A stretch of DNA of 32,000 bases from Flavobacteriaceae bacterium (GTDB lineage Bacteria; Bacteroidota; Bacteroidia; Flavobacteriales; Flavobacteriaceae): the NCBI GenBank assembly GCA_965224465.1, contig OZ245049.1, positions 480,001-512,000 of the forward strand. Direction: 5' to 3'. Position 1 is the first letter of the stretch; each line of letters opens with the position of its first letter. The translations under genes and the position numbers were made by a program. Below the pieces are notes generated by a model. The model had not been told where the DNA came from. It made no database searches and saw nothing but the letters and a program-made list of their open reading frames with translations. Shown here one piece after another: positions 15,019-24,461 of the stretch.

Positions 15019-16696
15019 GATTAGGCGTTTCTAAACGTTCATATTTCGCATGAATTTTAGCAGCAAATTTAGCCGCTAAACCCAATTTTACCCTGCCTTT
15101 TTCGGCATCAACAACCGTCATGTTTTCAATGCCTTTACAATATGTTTGACAGGCAAGAACAGCCTCCTCAAAGGCATTTTTTTCACTGCTATTAAATTTA
15201 GCATCCGTTATAATAATCAATTCCAACTTAGAAGATGGATGTCGACTACTTATTCCTTTAACCAATTTAAAAGCTGCTACAATATTTGTCTTCCCTCCTG
15301 TTTTTAGCTGTTCTAAAGACCGTTGAAGTTGTTCTAAATTATGCGTAGCATCTTCCAACAACACTGCTTCTCCTTTAAACAGAGAAATAAGTGAAAAAAG
15401 TGGTTTTTTCCCAGGAGCAGCATTCGAATATTTTTCCACCAATCCTTTGGCATAAGAAACCATCTGATCTTTGAGCATAGATCCACTAGAATCCACAATA
15501 AACATCAAGTGTACTTGTGCATTTGTTTGGGTAAATTTTTGTTTAAATTCAAACCTATCTGTTGCCAAATACTGTCCTACTGTCTTACGAACATCCATGG
15601 TTTTTTGTGTCGTAGGATTGGGCACCACTTGCTGTTGACTCTCCTGGCTGTGTATTGCGACTCCCTGCTTGGTAATCTTAGAGGATGCTTTCCATGGCTT
15701 CGGAGAATTCCCTGGAAGAATGGACTTAAATTGGTGTTCATTTCCAGCACCTTCAGACGGTTGCTCCTCTTGCTTAGACTCCTGTTCAGATTCAGGCGCT
15801 GTCTCTTGTTCTTGCTGGTCAGGAGAAGAATCCATATTATTTGAACGATGTAATAATACAAAGGGAGCTATCTTTTTTAAATGACTTTCCGTTACCTTAT
15901 TTGCAGCTACAAATGCAGCGTACGCACGTGCCGTTTTTAATAATAAAATATCTGCTCTATGGCCTTCTACTTTATGAAAGAGCGCTAAGGCAGCTGCTTT
16001 TTCTATCAAACCATCTTCTATACGAAGTGTTTTTAAACATTTTTTTGCAGTGATCAATTGCTGTTGTAATGCGACTTCTTTATCTACAAATCCCTTTACA
16101 AAAGAAATAGGATCATCATCAAAATTCAACCTGTTTTTAATAATTTGACTTCGATCAGAAAGGTTCATCTCCGTTTTTATGGCAACACTCAATCCAAACC
16201 TATCTTTTAATTGTGGGCGTAAATCACCTTCCTCTGGATTCATGGAACCAATCAAGAAAAACCTACTTTCAATTTTCTTAGAAAGCCCTTCACGTTCCAA
16301 ATAATAAGAACCCACTGCGGCAGCATCCAATAAGATATCCATCAAATAATCATTTAACAAATTAATTTCATCAATATACAAACAGCCGTTATTTGCTTTA
16401 GCCAACAACCCTAACTGGAGGACTTCTTTTTTATCGTTGATTAGTTTTTCTAAATTTATATGCCCCAATACCCTGTCTTCAGAAACACCAATGGGAAGGT
16501 TTACAAAAGGAAAATCGCCTTCAATATCAAGCAATGCAGCTAAAGATCGGATCAAGGTAGTTTTCCCTGTCCCTTTATCTCCAATAGCCAATACGCCCCC
16601 GAGTAAGGGATCTATGACATTTAGCATCAATACCAATTTAAAATCCTCTTGCCCTACAATGGCAGAAAAAGGAAACTGAAGTTTTTCCTGTATCAT
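15011..16696 (-). CDS. Fused ChlI/ChlD-like AAA+ and vWA protein, presumed CobN partner
   Basis: N-terminus FPFSAIVGQEDFKLVL, Walker A GDKGTGKTT and Walker B CLYIDEINLL. An acidic linker SPDQQEQETAPESEQESKQEEQPSEG follows, then a vWA MIDAS motif FIVDSSGSM. 561 aa. It overlaps cbiA by 8 nt. Confidence 0.85.
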   Translation of the reverse strand: MIQEKLQFPFSAIVGQEDFKLVLMLNVIDPLLGGVLAIGDKGTGKTTLIRSLAALLDIEGDFPFVNLPIGVSEDRVLGHINLEKLINDKKEVLQLGLLAKANNGCLYIDEINLLNDYLMDILLDAAAVGSYYLEREGLSKKIESRFFLIGSMNPEEGDLRPQLKDRFGLSVAIKTEMNLSDRSQIIKNRLNFDDDPISFVKGFVDKEVALQQQLITAKKCLKTLRIEDGLIEKAAALALFHKVEGHRADILLLKTARAYAAFVAANKVTESHLKKIAPFVLLHRSNNMDSSPDQQEQETAPESEQESKQEEQPSEGAGNEHQFKSILPGNSPKPWKASSKITKQGVAIHSQESQQQVVPNPTTQKTMDVRKTVGQYLATDRFEFKQKFTQTNAQVHLMFIVDSSGSMLKDQMVSYAKGLVEKYSNAAPGKKPLFSLISLFKGEAVLLEDATHNLEQLQRSLEQLKTGGKTNIVAAFKLVKGISSRHPSSKLELIIITDAKFNSSEKNAFEEAVLACQTYCKGIENMTVVDAEKGRVKLGLAAKFAAKIHAKYERLETPNHV

Positions 16697-17409
16697 AACG
16701 TTCCTACAGTTTTATAGATCCAGAAGGCTCCAATACATATTGATAACAAACCAGCCACGCCGTTCATCCATTTAAAGATTGATAAGTTTTTTTCAATAAA
16801 TCGGCTCATTACAGCGATTAATGAATAGCTATAAATCCCCATGGCAACAATAATCCCAACACATTCGATGATTAAAACAATCACCGCATCCATTACTGTA
16901 TCAGCACCCAATACCAAGGCAGATGTTAATGCGCCACCCGTTCCTGCCAAACCGTGTAACATTCCTACCCAAAAGGATTTATTCAATGGATTCATCGCAA
17001 TTTCTTCACCCATTTTCCCGTGTAAATGAATGGGATTAGATTCCAAATGATCGTGCTCTTGAATTTCCTTGTGCAGGGCAATCATCTCTTTTATCTTATG
17101 ATTTCTTCGAATCGCAGTTACCCCCAACCAGATCATAATTGGACCTACTGCCATTTCTGCCCAATAGGAGATATCATGAATAAAAAGTTCTGCTGACGAT
17201 TTAAAAGCCAATGCCACTGCACCAAAAAGCAATAAGGTTAAAGAATGACCTAAAGCCCATTGAGAAGCTTTTAAAACCATTTTAAACGATGTTCGTTCTT
17301 TAGTAATGGCATTTTCTGTAGCCAACACCGAAATAGCGGTGACATGATCTGGTTCGAAAGAATGCAATACTCCTGCCATTAAAGGTCTTACAAAACTAAT
17401 AATACTCAT
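16693..17409 (-). CDS. NiCoT/NicO-related 6-TM metal (probably cobalt) transporter
   Basis: HX4DH signature (HSFEPDH) in TM1, LGHS in TM2, a His-rich central loop HKEIQEHDHLESNPIHLH, and GMLHGLAGTGG. It is coupled by an ATGA overlap to the downstream gene and by a 1-nt overlap to cbiD upstream. Confidence 0.7.
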   Translation of the reverse strand: MSIISFVRPLMAGVLHSFEPDHVTAISVLATENAITKERTSFKMVLKASQWALGHSLTLLLFGAVALAFKSSAELFIHDISYWAEMAVGPIMIWLGVTAIRRNHKIKEMIALHKEIQEHDHLESNPIHLHGKMGEEIAMNPLNKSFWVGMLHGLAGTGGALTSALVLGADTVMDAVIVLIIECVGIIVAMGIYSYSLIAVMSRFIEKNLSIFKWMNGVAGLLSICIGAFWIYKTVGTL

Positions 17410-18497
17410 TATTTTATATATTTTATAAAGCTCCCATCTTTCCCTATCAGATAAAGATTTAAGCGCGTGTTTTTAATTTTCTTTTTACTTTGTTTATAAC
17501 ATTTTTCGAGAAGGCTTTGAAAAAACGGTTCCTCTTGATTGAAAGGAAACAACTCGGTCAACCTACCCGCCATATTCAATGCTAAAATAGCAGTTGCTTT
17601 TTCTTTATCTGCCCCAACTTCTAAGGCAATATCTCTGATAAATTCTTTGTTCCAACTAGAAACGCAGCTATGCGTATCCGTCCGACCAAAAGCAAGCTTC
17701 ACTGCTTTTCCCAGCATAATTCCTATGGTAACATTTTCTATTTTTGACGCATTAATTTTTGTCAATGTTTCCCCTATCCAATTTCCAAAATGAATAAAGG
17801 ATTGTTCTGTTAAATTTGGAAATAAACTACGCAGGTATTTTTCGCTACGCGCCCCAGAATTAATCACAACTTCTCTAATTCCATTGGCTACTGCAACATC
17901 AATCCCTTGTTCAATACTCGCAATATAAGAGGATGAAGAATACGGTTTTACAATCCCTGAAGTCCCCAAAATGGACAGCCCGTTCATTATCCCCACACGT
18001 TCATTTAATGTTCGCTTTGCCAATACACGACCATTCATAACATATATTGTTATCCGCACCCCACATTCTAAGTCGAAATTGTGTAACAACTTTTGTACTG
18101 CACTCTGCATCATTTTTCTTGGTACTGGATTGATTGCTGGCTCTCCAACCTCCAATTCCAAACCAGCCAATGTCACTGTTCCAACGCCTTCCCCAGCAAA
18201 AAAAACAATTTCCTTACTTTGGGTCAGAGCTATCTCGCAGCCTATTTCTGCACCATTGGTCACATCTGGATCATCTCCTGCATCTTTTATCACACTACAA
18301 CAAGCTGAATTTTTAGAAAACTCGTTATAATGAATTGGAATTTCTAAAATTCGATCGATGGGCAATTGTACCTTAACCACCGTTTGTACTTGTTGTTCAA
18401 TAATAGAAATCAACGCCGCTTTAACAGCCGCAGTTGCCGAAGTTCCTGTGGTAAATCCTTCCCGTAAAGGGCCTGTTGGAATGGGTTTTAAACTCAT
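17409..18497 (-). CDS. cbiD: Cobalt-precorrin-5B (C1)-methyltransferase CbiD
   Basis: LREGFTTGTSATAAVKAAL N-terminal motif. 362 aa. Confidence 0.9.
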   Translation of the reverse strand: MSLKPIPTGPLREGFTTGTSATAAVKAALISIIEQQVQTVVKVQLPIDRILEIPIHYNEFSKNSACCSVIKDAGDDPDVTNGAEIGCEIALTQSKEIVFFAGEGVGTVTLAGLELEVGEPAINPVPRKMMQSAVQKLLHNFDLECGVRITIYVMNGRVLAKRTLNERVGIMNGLSILGTSGIVKPYSSSSYIASIEQGIDVAVANGIREVVINSGARSEKYLRSLFPNLTEQSFIHFGNWIGETLTKINASKIENVTIGIMLGKAVKLAFGRTDTHSCVSSWNKEFIRDIALEVGADKEKATAILALNMAGRLTELFPFNQEEPFFQSLLEKCYKQSKKKIKNTRLNLYLIGKDGSFIKYIK

Positions 18498-19255
18498 AAT
18501 CTAAATGTATTTAAAACTGATTTTAAAGCGGTTGTATTTGCTAACAAGTGAAAATAGGAAGGCAAGCTTGGTTTTTTAATGATAATAATTGGAATACCAA
18601 GCGCGTTAGCCGCTGCTATTTTGACATCTAAGGATCCGCTAATCCCACTTTCTTTTGTTAAAACCACCCCAATATTCTTATTTTTATACAAGGCTATTTC
18701 TTCTGACAGTAGTGTGTTTGGATAGCCTACTATTAATTGTGACATAGGAAAATTACTTTTTAGAGCAATATCCACAGACGATTGTCTATCGAGGATCCTA
18801 AAATAACAAGGAGTGTGCTTCCAGTACTCTTTTAGTATTTCTATGGTTTGTACACCCGTCAACCCTAATAAAGTAAGTTTAGAAAATGATTCTTTTAACA
18901 AACCAATAGCTACTGAATAAGACGCTACATAGTATACATTTTTATTGCTTGAATGAGCAGGGAATTCACGTTCCAATCGAAAGACAGGAAGTGTGTGTTT
19001 TTCAAAAACAGTGGCAATTGTTGTATGTAAAACAGTGGCAAAAGGATGTGAAGCATGAATGCAACAATCAATTTTATTGTCCACTATAAACGCAGACAAT
19101 TCCACCTCTGAAAACGCCCCAAAACGGTACGAACCGAAGCTTTTTAAAGCAACAGTAATTTCCGTTTTGGTAGAATAGATATAAGGCAATTCCATCGCTT
19201 CTAAGAGCGATATCACCTTTTTTCCTTCTGTTGTGCCTCCAAATACAAGTATCAT
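18494..19255 (-). CDS. cbiJ: Cobalt-precorrin-6A reductase CbiJ/CobK
   Basis: MILVFGGTTEGKK N-terminus, 253 aa, ATGA overlap with cbiD. Confidence 0.85.
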   Translation of the reverse strand: MILVFGGTTEGKKVISLLEAMELPYIYSTKTEITVALKSFGSYRFGAFSEVELSAFIVDNKIDCCIHASHPFATVLHTTIATVFEKHTLPVFRLEREFPAHSSNKNVYYVASYSVAIGLLKESFSKLTLLGLTGVQTIEILKEYWKHTPCYFRILDRQSSVDIALKSNFPMSQLIVGYPNTLLSEEIALYKNKNIGVVLTKESGISGSLDVKIAAANALGIPIIIIKKPSLPSYFHLLANTTALKSVLNTFRL

Positions 19256-19277
19256 AAATTATGGGTATAAATCGTAA

Positions 19278-21119
19278 TTATTCTTTTAAAACAAACTTTT
19301 TATTGGTTCTAAAAATATGTTTCCACTCAGGACTGTATAAATGAGATCTATTTTTACGGGCACCAATGGCTTCCCCAACAATAATCAACACTGTTCTCGA
19401 TTTTTTACTATCCTTTACAATCTGCGCTAAATTCTCTAAAGTCCCTTGGTAAATTTCTTCATCCTTCCAGGTCAATCGGTACATTACTGCCACAGGCGTA
19501 CTCGGGTCATAATGCACTAACAATTGGTTTTGCACTTTTTTCGCAATTCCAACGCTTAAAAACAGACACATCGTCGCTTTATGTTTCGCCATTTCCTCCA
19601 ATTTTTCGGTTTCTGGCAATGGTGTTTTTCCTTCACCTCTGGTTAAAATAATAGATTGCACCACTTCTGGAATGGTAAATTCAGATTTAAGAGCTGCCGC
19701 AGCTGCGCTAAATGATGAAATGCCTGGTACAATAAAATAATCCATTCCTAGTTCGTCAAAAATGGTCATTTGTTCTTGAATGGCGCCATAAATAGAAGGA
19801 TCTCCACATTGCAAACGCACAATCGCATTTCCTTTGAGGTAATGTTCCTGCATCAAAGCAACTTGCTCTTCCAAAGTCATGCTTGCCGAGTTGCGAACTA
19901 CAGCACCTTTTTTACACCAATTGGTCATTTCCTCTGGAATCAAACTTCCTGCGTACAATACACAATCTGCTTCCTCTAAATACTGTTTTCCTTTTACAGT
20001 AATCAATTCTTCATCACCAGGACCTGCACCTATAATAGCTATTTGAGCTTTGCGTTCAACAGTACTGTCTAAGGCAACTGCAAAGGTAAAACGTTCTTGA
20101 TTCTCTAAAATTATTTTTTGTTTTTCTACCAATAAGCTTTTCGTAGCAGCCATCAACATTGCTGTAGATTCAGAAACGCCGTCTACCCCAATTTTTTCCT
20201 GCACTACAAGGCTAGGATTTGGAACAGAAACTTGATCAATCGCATCACTTGTAAACGTATGAAAAGGAATTCCATGTGTGTTACTCCATGTTAGGTATGC
20301 AGATTGTTCAGCTTTTATATCGATCGATCCAAACTGCTGAATTGCAGAGAAAAATAACGCTTTCGCTTCAAAAGCAGCTTTAAATGCAGCATCAAAAATC
20401 TGATCGTCAATTTTCTTAGAACAGCCAGAACCAACGGTAAGTACTTTTGGAACAAAATTCAATATTGGAATATTAAAATGATGTACTTTATAAGTCACTG
20501 CAATAATTAAGTCAAACTTACTTTGGTCAATGGCATCTGCATTAAAAAATACGGTTACAAAATCAGGCAACGTTTTTTCTAAATACACCGTTCCTTTATC
20601 TTTTATATCTAGCAATAAAGCGGTCGGTTTTTTATTGACAAACAACGCGATTAATTTGTTCATAGAACCCGTTGTTTCTACGGTCCAATCAAATTGTTTT
20701 CCCAAGGTATCCAATGCCCAAATATCTTGTACATCGCTGGCGGTAGAAATAATAGGAGTCGCCCCCATTAACTGCGCTACTTTTAATGTAAAATCATTAG
20801 CACCACCTTGGTGACCACTAACAACTGACTGTACATTTATTCCCATTTCATCTACACAAATTACAGCAGGATCCCGTTGTTTATCGCTTAAACAAGGAGC
20901 AATGGTTCGCACACAAATGCCCAATGCGCTTATAAAACAGATGCCTTCTAATTTCGAAAAATTAGCATTGATATATTCTGAAATTGAAGCCACAACCGAT
21001 ACACTCTCATGGGTAGAATTACGGGTGGTGATTACCAAGGATTTTGGAAATTGCTTTTGTAAAACTAAGGCCTGTTCAATGCCTTTGTCTGTAATTGCTA
21101 TAATACTTATTTTGTTCAT
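19278..21119 (-). CDS. Fusion of CbiG (cobalt-precorrin-5A hydrolase) and CbiF/CobM (precorrin-4 C11-methyltransferase)
   Basis: The N-terminal ~340 aa are CbiG-like (VGSGCSKKI motif). The C-terminal part has a tetrapyrrole methylase signature IAIIGAGPGDEELITVKG...GDPSIYG. Confidence 0.85.
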   Translation of the reverse strand: MNKISIIAITDKGIEQALVLQKQFPKSLVITTRNSTHESVSVVASISEYINANFSKLEGICFISALGICVRTIAPCLSDKQRDPAVICVDEMGINVQSVVSGHQGGANDFTLKVAQLMGATPIISTASDVQDIWALDTLGKQFDWTVETTGSMNKLIALFVNKKPTALLLDIKDKGTVYLEKTLPDFVTVFFNADAIDQSKFDLIIAVTYKVHHFNIPILNFVPKVLTVGSGCSKKIDDQIFDAAFKAAFEAKALFFSAIQQFGSIDIKAEQSAYLTWSNTHGIPFHTFTSDAIDQVSVPNPSLVVQEKIGVDGVSESTAMLMAATKSLLVEKQKIILENQERFTFAVALDSTVERKAQIAIIGAGPGDEELITVKGKQYLEEADCVLYAGSLIPEEMTNWCKKGAVVRNSASMTLEEQVALMQEHYLKGNAIVRLQCGDPSIYGAIQEQMTIFDELGMDYFIVPGISSFSAAAAALKSEFTIPEVVQSIILTRGEGKTPLPETEKLEEMAKHKATMCLFLSVGIAKKVQNQLLVHYDPSTPVAVMYRLTWKDEEIYQGTLENLAQIVKDSKKSRTVLIIVGEAIGARKNRSHLYSPEWKHIFRTNKKFVLKE

Positions 21120-21169
21120 TTAACTTTAATTTTTATGAGTTTGACAGCTTGGACAGCCATCAAAATCAA

Positions 21170-22357
21170 TTAATTTTTCACTGCCTTATGAATGGCAATT
21201 TTGTTATGCGTATTTACTTGAATGGTAGTTGTATCAATTGTAAAACCAAGTGTTTTAAGGCTTGATTTAAACGTGGTACTTGTGGTTTCTTTTACCGCAT
21301 TAATAACCATTCGAATCTTAGGATTTAAGGCGTGTATTTTTTGAATCATTTCTTCTAAACGATTGCCATGTCCACCTATAAAAACAACATTTGGCATTGG
21401 ATAATTCTTTAAATCAAGATTAAAAAAATCATCAATTACTACTTCAATACCTGGAGTAGAAAAGCGTTCTTTATTTTGTTGAATAATCGCACCACATTCT
21501 TTTCTAATCTCAAAAGCTGTGATGGATAAGTGTGGATAATGTCGTTTTGCTTCGATGGCAACAGATCCAGTACAGGCACCAATATCCCAAAAACTAATGG
21601 CATTTCGTAGGTCTAGCGCATGAATGGTACTGAGTCTAATAGATAGTTTGGTGATCATTTTTACACGATTTGGCAAACAAACAAATTGATCATCAGGAAG
21701 CCCAAATAATGCATTTTTGTGATGTTTTCTTACTAACAGCACACAGTTTAAGGCAAGGTGTTCTTGTTTCTCACATTCGGATAGACTATAGGTTGAAATT
21801 GTTTCCAAATCACCATCCAATTCTTCACCAACAATCATGTTATAATTAGAAAACCCGTATTGCAACATCCGTTTTGCAATTACAGCAGGCGTTTTCTTCC
21901 CATCAGTCAGAACACCTATTAAAGGTTCGTCATTAATCAAGGCTACATCTAAAGGAGCCCATGGTCTGCCATGTACAGAAACAGAATGCAATTCGCTGTA
22001 ATTAGTCAGGGATTTCTGACACAAACGTTGGATACTATTAAAATATGGGAAGGATTGAATCTTAGCTTCAGGAAGAAAACATTTTAGGGTATTTCCAAAA
22101 CCATAAAAGAAAGGATCTCCAGAGGCAAAAATTAAAATTGTTTTGTCGTGCAGTCCATATTCATGTAAAACCACATCCATTCTTCCAGAAATTTCTATCC
22201 ATGTATGATTTTCAGGCAGGATTGATTGCACCAAAAGATAATGCCTTTTTCCACCAGAAAAAACCTCCATTTTACGAATCAGTACACGTACTTCATCGGT
22301 CAATTGTGGTATGGAATGATTTCCTATACCTACGATGATAAATGTTTCTTTTGCCAT
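21170..22357 (-). CDS. CbiE::CbiT fusion (CobL-type precorrin-6Y C5,15-methyltransferase, decarboxylating)
   Basis: 395 aa. The N-terminal half is tetrapyrrole-methylase-like (FASGDPFFYG). The C-terminal half is a class I SAM methyltransferase (WDIGACTGSVAIEA). Confidence 0.85.
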   Translation of the reverse strand: MAKETFIIVGIGNHSIPQLTDEVRVLIRKMEVFSGGKRHYLLVQSILPENHTWIEISGRMDVVLHEYGLHDKTILIFASGDPFFYGFGNTLKCFLPEAKIQSFPYFNSIQRLCQKSLTNYSELHSVSVHGRPWAPLDVALINDEPLIGVLTDGKKTPAVIAKRMLQYGFSNYNMIVGEELDGDLETISTYSLSECEKQEHLALNCVLLVRKHHKNALFGLPDDQFVCLPNRVKMITKLSIRLSTIHALDLRNAISFWDIGACTGSVAIEAKRHYPHLSITAFEIRKECGAIIQQNKERFSTPGIEVVIDDFFNLDLKNYPMPNVVFIGGHGNRLEEMIQKIHALNPKIRMVINAVKETTSTTFKSSLKTLGFTIDTTTIQVNTHNKIAIHKAVKN

Positions 22358-22368
22358 CCTATTAATTC

Positions 22369-23745
22369 TTAGTTATTAATAAACTCAGCAGCCTCATCCA
22401 AAGTAAATGCAGCATTTACAATTGCAGCGGCTACATTGCTTCCTCCTTTATTCCCTTCTATAATCACCCAATCGGTACGTGATACTTGTGCCAATTGCTC
22501 TTTTGATTCTATCACATTTACAAAACCTACGGGAGCTCCAATCACTCCTACGGGATTAAAATCGGGATTCAATCGCAACGTTTCTGTGATTTCGATCAAT
22601 GCTGTTGGTGCATTTCCTATCACATACAAGGCATTTGGATACAGTGCCATGGCTTTTCGGATCCCAGCTTGAGAACGGGTAATATTTTCTTTTATCGCCA
22701 TATCCGTCACATCATCATCATTTAAGAAACAATGAATTTGATTGCCATATTTTTCGGAAAAAGCACGGGTAATTCCAGCTTTCACCATGGTTACATCGCT
22801 AATAATAGCTCCACCATTTTTAAGGTAATCGCTTATGTTTTGAATGGCATTTTCGGTAGCTTTATAATGCGAGTGATCCTCTAAAACTCCTGTAGTATGA
22901 ATCACACGAGTCATTGCCCACTTATCATTTAGAGCATAGTTCAAATCAGCCATAGAATCGGTTACAATTCTAAAACTCTCTTGTTGAATTTCTTTCCCTG
23001 TATGAGGTTTTCTATTCAAATACCCTCTTGGAGTCACCAAATAATCTTTAAATCGGAATGTTTGAGAGTTCCCAATCATCACCAAACTAAACATATCCAC
23101 ATCTTCTGGATCAAATTCTCCCAAGGTTGTAATTTTAATATGTTCCTCTGGTCTGGTTACTTGTTTTACTATGGCTACGGGTGTTTTAGGATCTCTTTCT
23201 GTTAAAAATATCTTTTTAAGACTCCCCAATTGCCAATGTCTTTTAATACTTTTAGGATTGTAAAGACTGGTTACAAAATCCCCCATTGCAGCTGCCTTGA
23301 TACGTTTTTCAATCACATTCCACGGGGTCATTAAATCAGAAAGTGAAATACAACAAAAATCATGACCTAATGGCGCTCCTAGTTTACTTCCAGAAGCTAA
23401 AAATGCAGAAACACCCGGAAGGGTTTCTAATTCTAGATCAGCAATATCCTTCTTTGCCACCATTTCATAAACAATGGCTGCCATGGAATAAATACTGGCA
23501 TCACCAGAACCTATAACAACCACATGTTTTCCTTCTTTTGCTTTTTCAATTGCTTTTGCTGCACGTGCCTCTTCCATTCCTAAAGGCATGGCTATAAGCT
23601 CCGCATCATCTTTAAAAAACTCTTTTCCAAACTGAAAATAATAGTCATATCCAATCACAACATCAGCAACTGCCAACGCAGATTTAACGATGGGCAACAT
23701 ATAATTTTTATCTCCTGGACCTAATCCTGCTACTGTAATTTTCAT
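22369..23745 (-). CDS. CbiH/CobJ (precorrin-3B C17-methyltransferase) fused to CbiC/CobH (precorrin-8X methylmutase)
   Basis: The N-terminus is MKITVAGLGPGD...GSGDASIYS and the C-terminus has the CbiC motif VIGNAPTAL. I prefer the ATG at 23745 because it forms an ATGA overlap with the cbiL stop. The track ORF extends to 23802. Confidence 0.85.
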   Translation of the reverse strand: MKITVAGLGPGDKNYMLPIVKSALAVADVVIGYDYYFQFGKEFFKDDAELIAMPLGMEEARAAKAIEKAKEGKHVVVIGSGDASIYSMAAIVYEMVAKKDIADLELETLPGVSAFLASGSKLGAPLGHDFCCISLSDLMTPWNVIEKRIKAAAMGDFVTSLYNPKSIKRHWQLGSLKKIFLTERDPKTPVAIVKQVTRPEEHIKITTLGEFDPEDVDMFSLVMIGNSQTFRFKDYLVTPRGYLNRKPHTGKEIQQESFRIVTDSMADLNYALNDKWAMTRVIHTTGVLEDHSHYKATENAIQNISDYLKNGGAIISDVTMVKAGITRAFSEKYGNQIHCFLNDDDVTDMAIKENITRSQAGIRKAMALYPNALYVIGNAPTALIEITETLRLNPDFNPVGVIGAPVGFVNVIESKEQLAQVSRTDWVIIEGNKGGSNVAAAIVNAAFTLDEAAEFINN

Positions 23746-24446
23746 TTTTGTATGGTTATTAACGAGAAATATGGAATTTCTCTTTGTTTTATTTCCTCCC
23801 AATTGGAAGTAATGAATTGTGCTGTTGTACCTAATTTTTCACTATAAGTGATGCTAAATTTACGTTGAGAAAGTACTTCTGATAATACGGACATGACCGA
23901 TTTAATTTTCATCAATACAACGGTGTCAAAATTATCCAAAGCCTCGTTTAATTGCGCCGCTGTTTGAACTCTTGGAATAATTAATAAGCGATCGTTTTGT
24001 AGACATAAAGGCTTCATACTTTCAGAGGCTCCCATGGCATAAGAAGTAATACCTGGCACTAAAGCAACTGACAATTTATCGCGGAGTATTTTTTCTAAAA
24101 TATAAGAAAACGAGCTGAATGTATTCAAATCTCCTTCACTTACTACCGCTATATTCAATCCGTTTTCATAGTCTTTTTTCAACAATTGATACGTGGTTTC
24201 ATACACCTTTTTTGCCTGTACACGTTCTAAATCCATTTCTAGATAAAAACCCACCAGTTTACTTGCATCTAACTTGTAATGCTCCAGAATACTCATGGCG
24301 TAACTCAGTTGCGTACCATCAGCATAAAGAGATCCTGGAAAATAAATTTTATCTGCTTTCTCTAATATCTTAAGTCCTTTTAGGGTAATTAAATCTGGAT
24401 CTCCTGGACCTAAAGAAACCCCGTATATTTTTCCTGTATTCTTCAT
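23742..24446 (-). CDS. cbiL: Precorrin-2/cobalt-factor-II C20-methyltransferase CbiL/CobI
   Basis: IYGVSLGPGDPDLITLKG, 234 aa. Confidence 0.85.
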   Translation of the reverse strand: MKNTGKIYGVSLGPGDPDLITLKGLKILEKADKIYFPGSLYADGTQLSYAMSILEHYKLDASKLVGFYLEMDLERVQAKKVYETTYQLLKKDYENGLNIAVVSEGDLNTFSSFSYILEKILRDKLSVALVPGITSYAMGASESMKPLCLQNDRLLIIPRVQTAAQLNEALDNFDTVVLMKIKSVMSVLSEVLSQRKFSITYSEKLGTTAQFITSNWEEIKQREIPYFSLITIQK

Positions 24447-24461
24447 AATATATATCCTGTA

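Noticed and set aside
15509-15884. Overlapping ORFs on both strands in the middle of the ChlI::ChlD gene
   Set aside because: They arise from the low-complexity acidic/Gln-rich linker region (GAA/CAA-rich), which stays open in several frames.
17351-17360. GGTTCGAA-like strings checked as possible tRNA T-arms (also near 29231)
   Set aside because: They lie inside protein-coding sequence, and no cloverleaf can be drawn around them.
23746-23802. N-terminal extension MGGNKTKRNSIFLVNNHTK of the CbiH::CbiC ORF
   Set aside because: It overlaps the cbiL 3' end by 61 nt. The internal ATG at 23745 gives the canonical MKITVAGLGPGD start and an ATGA coupling.
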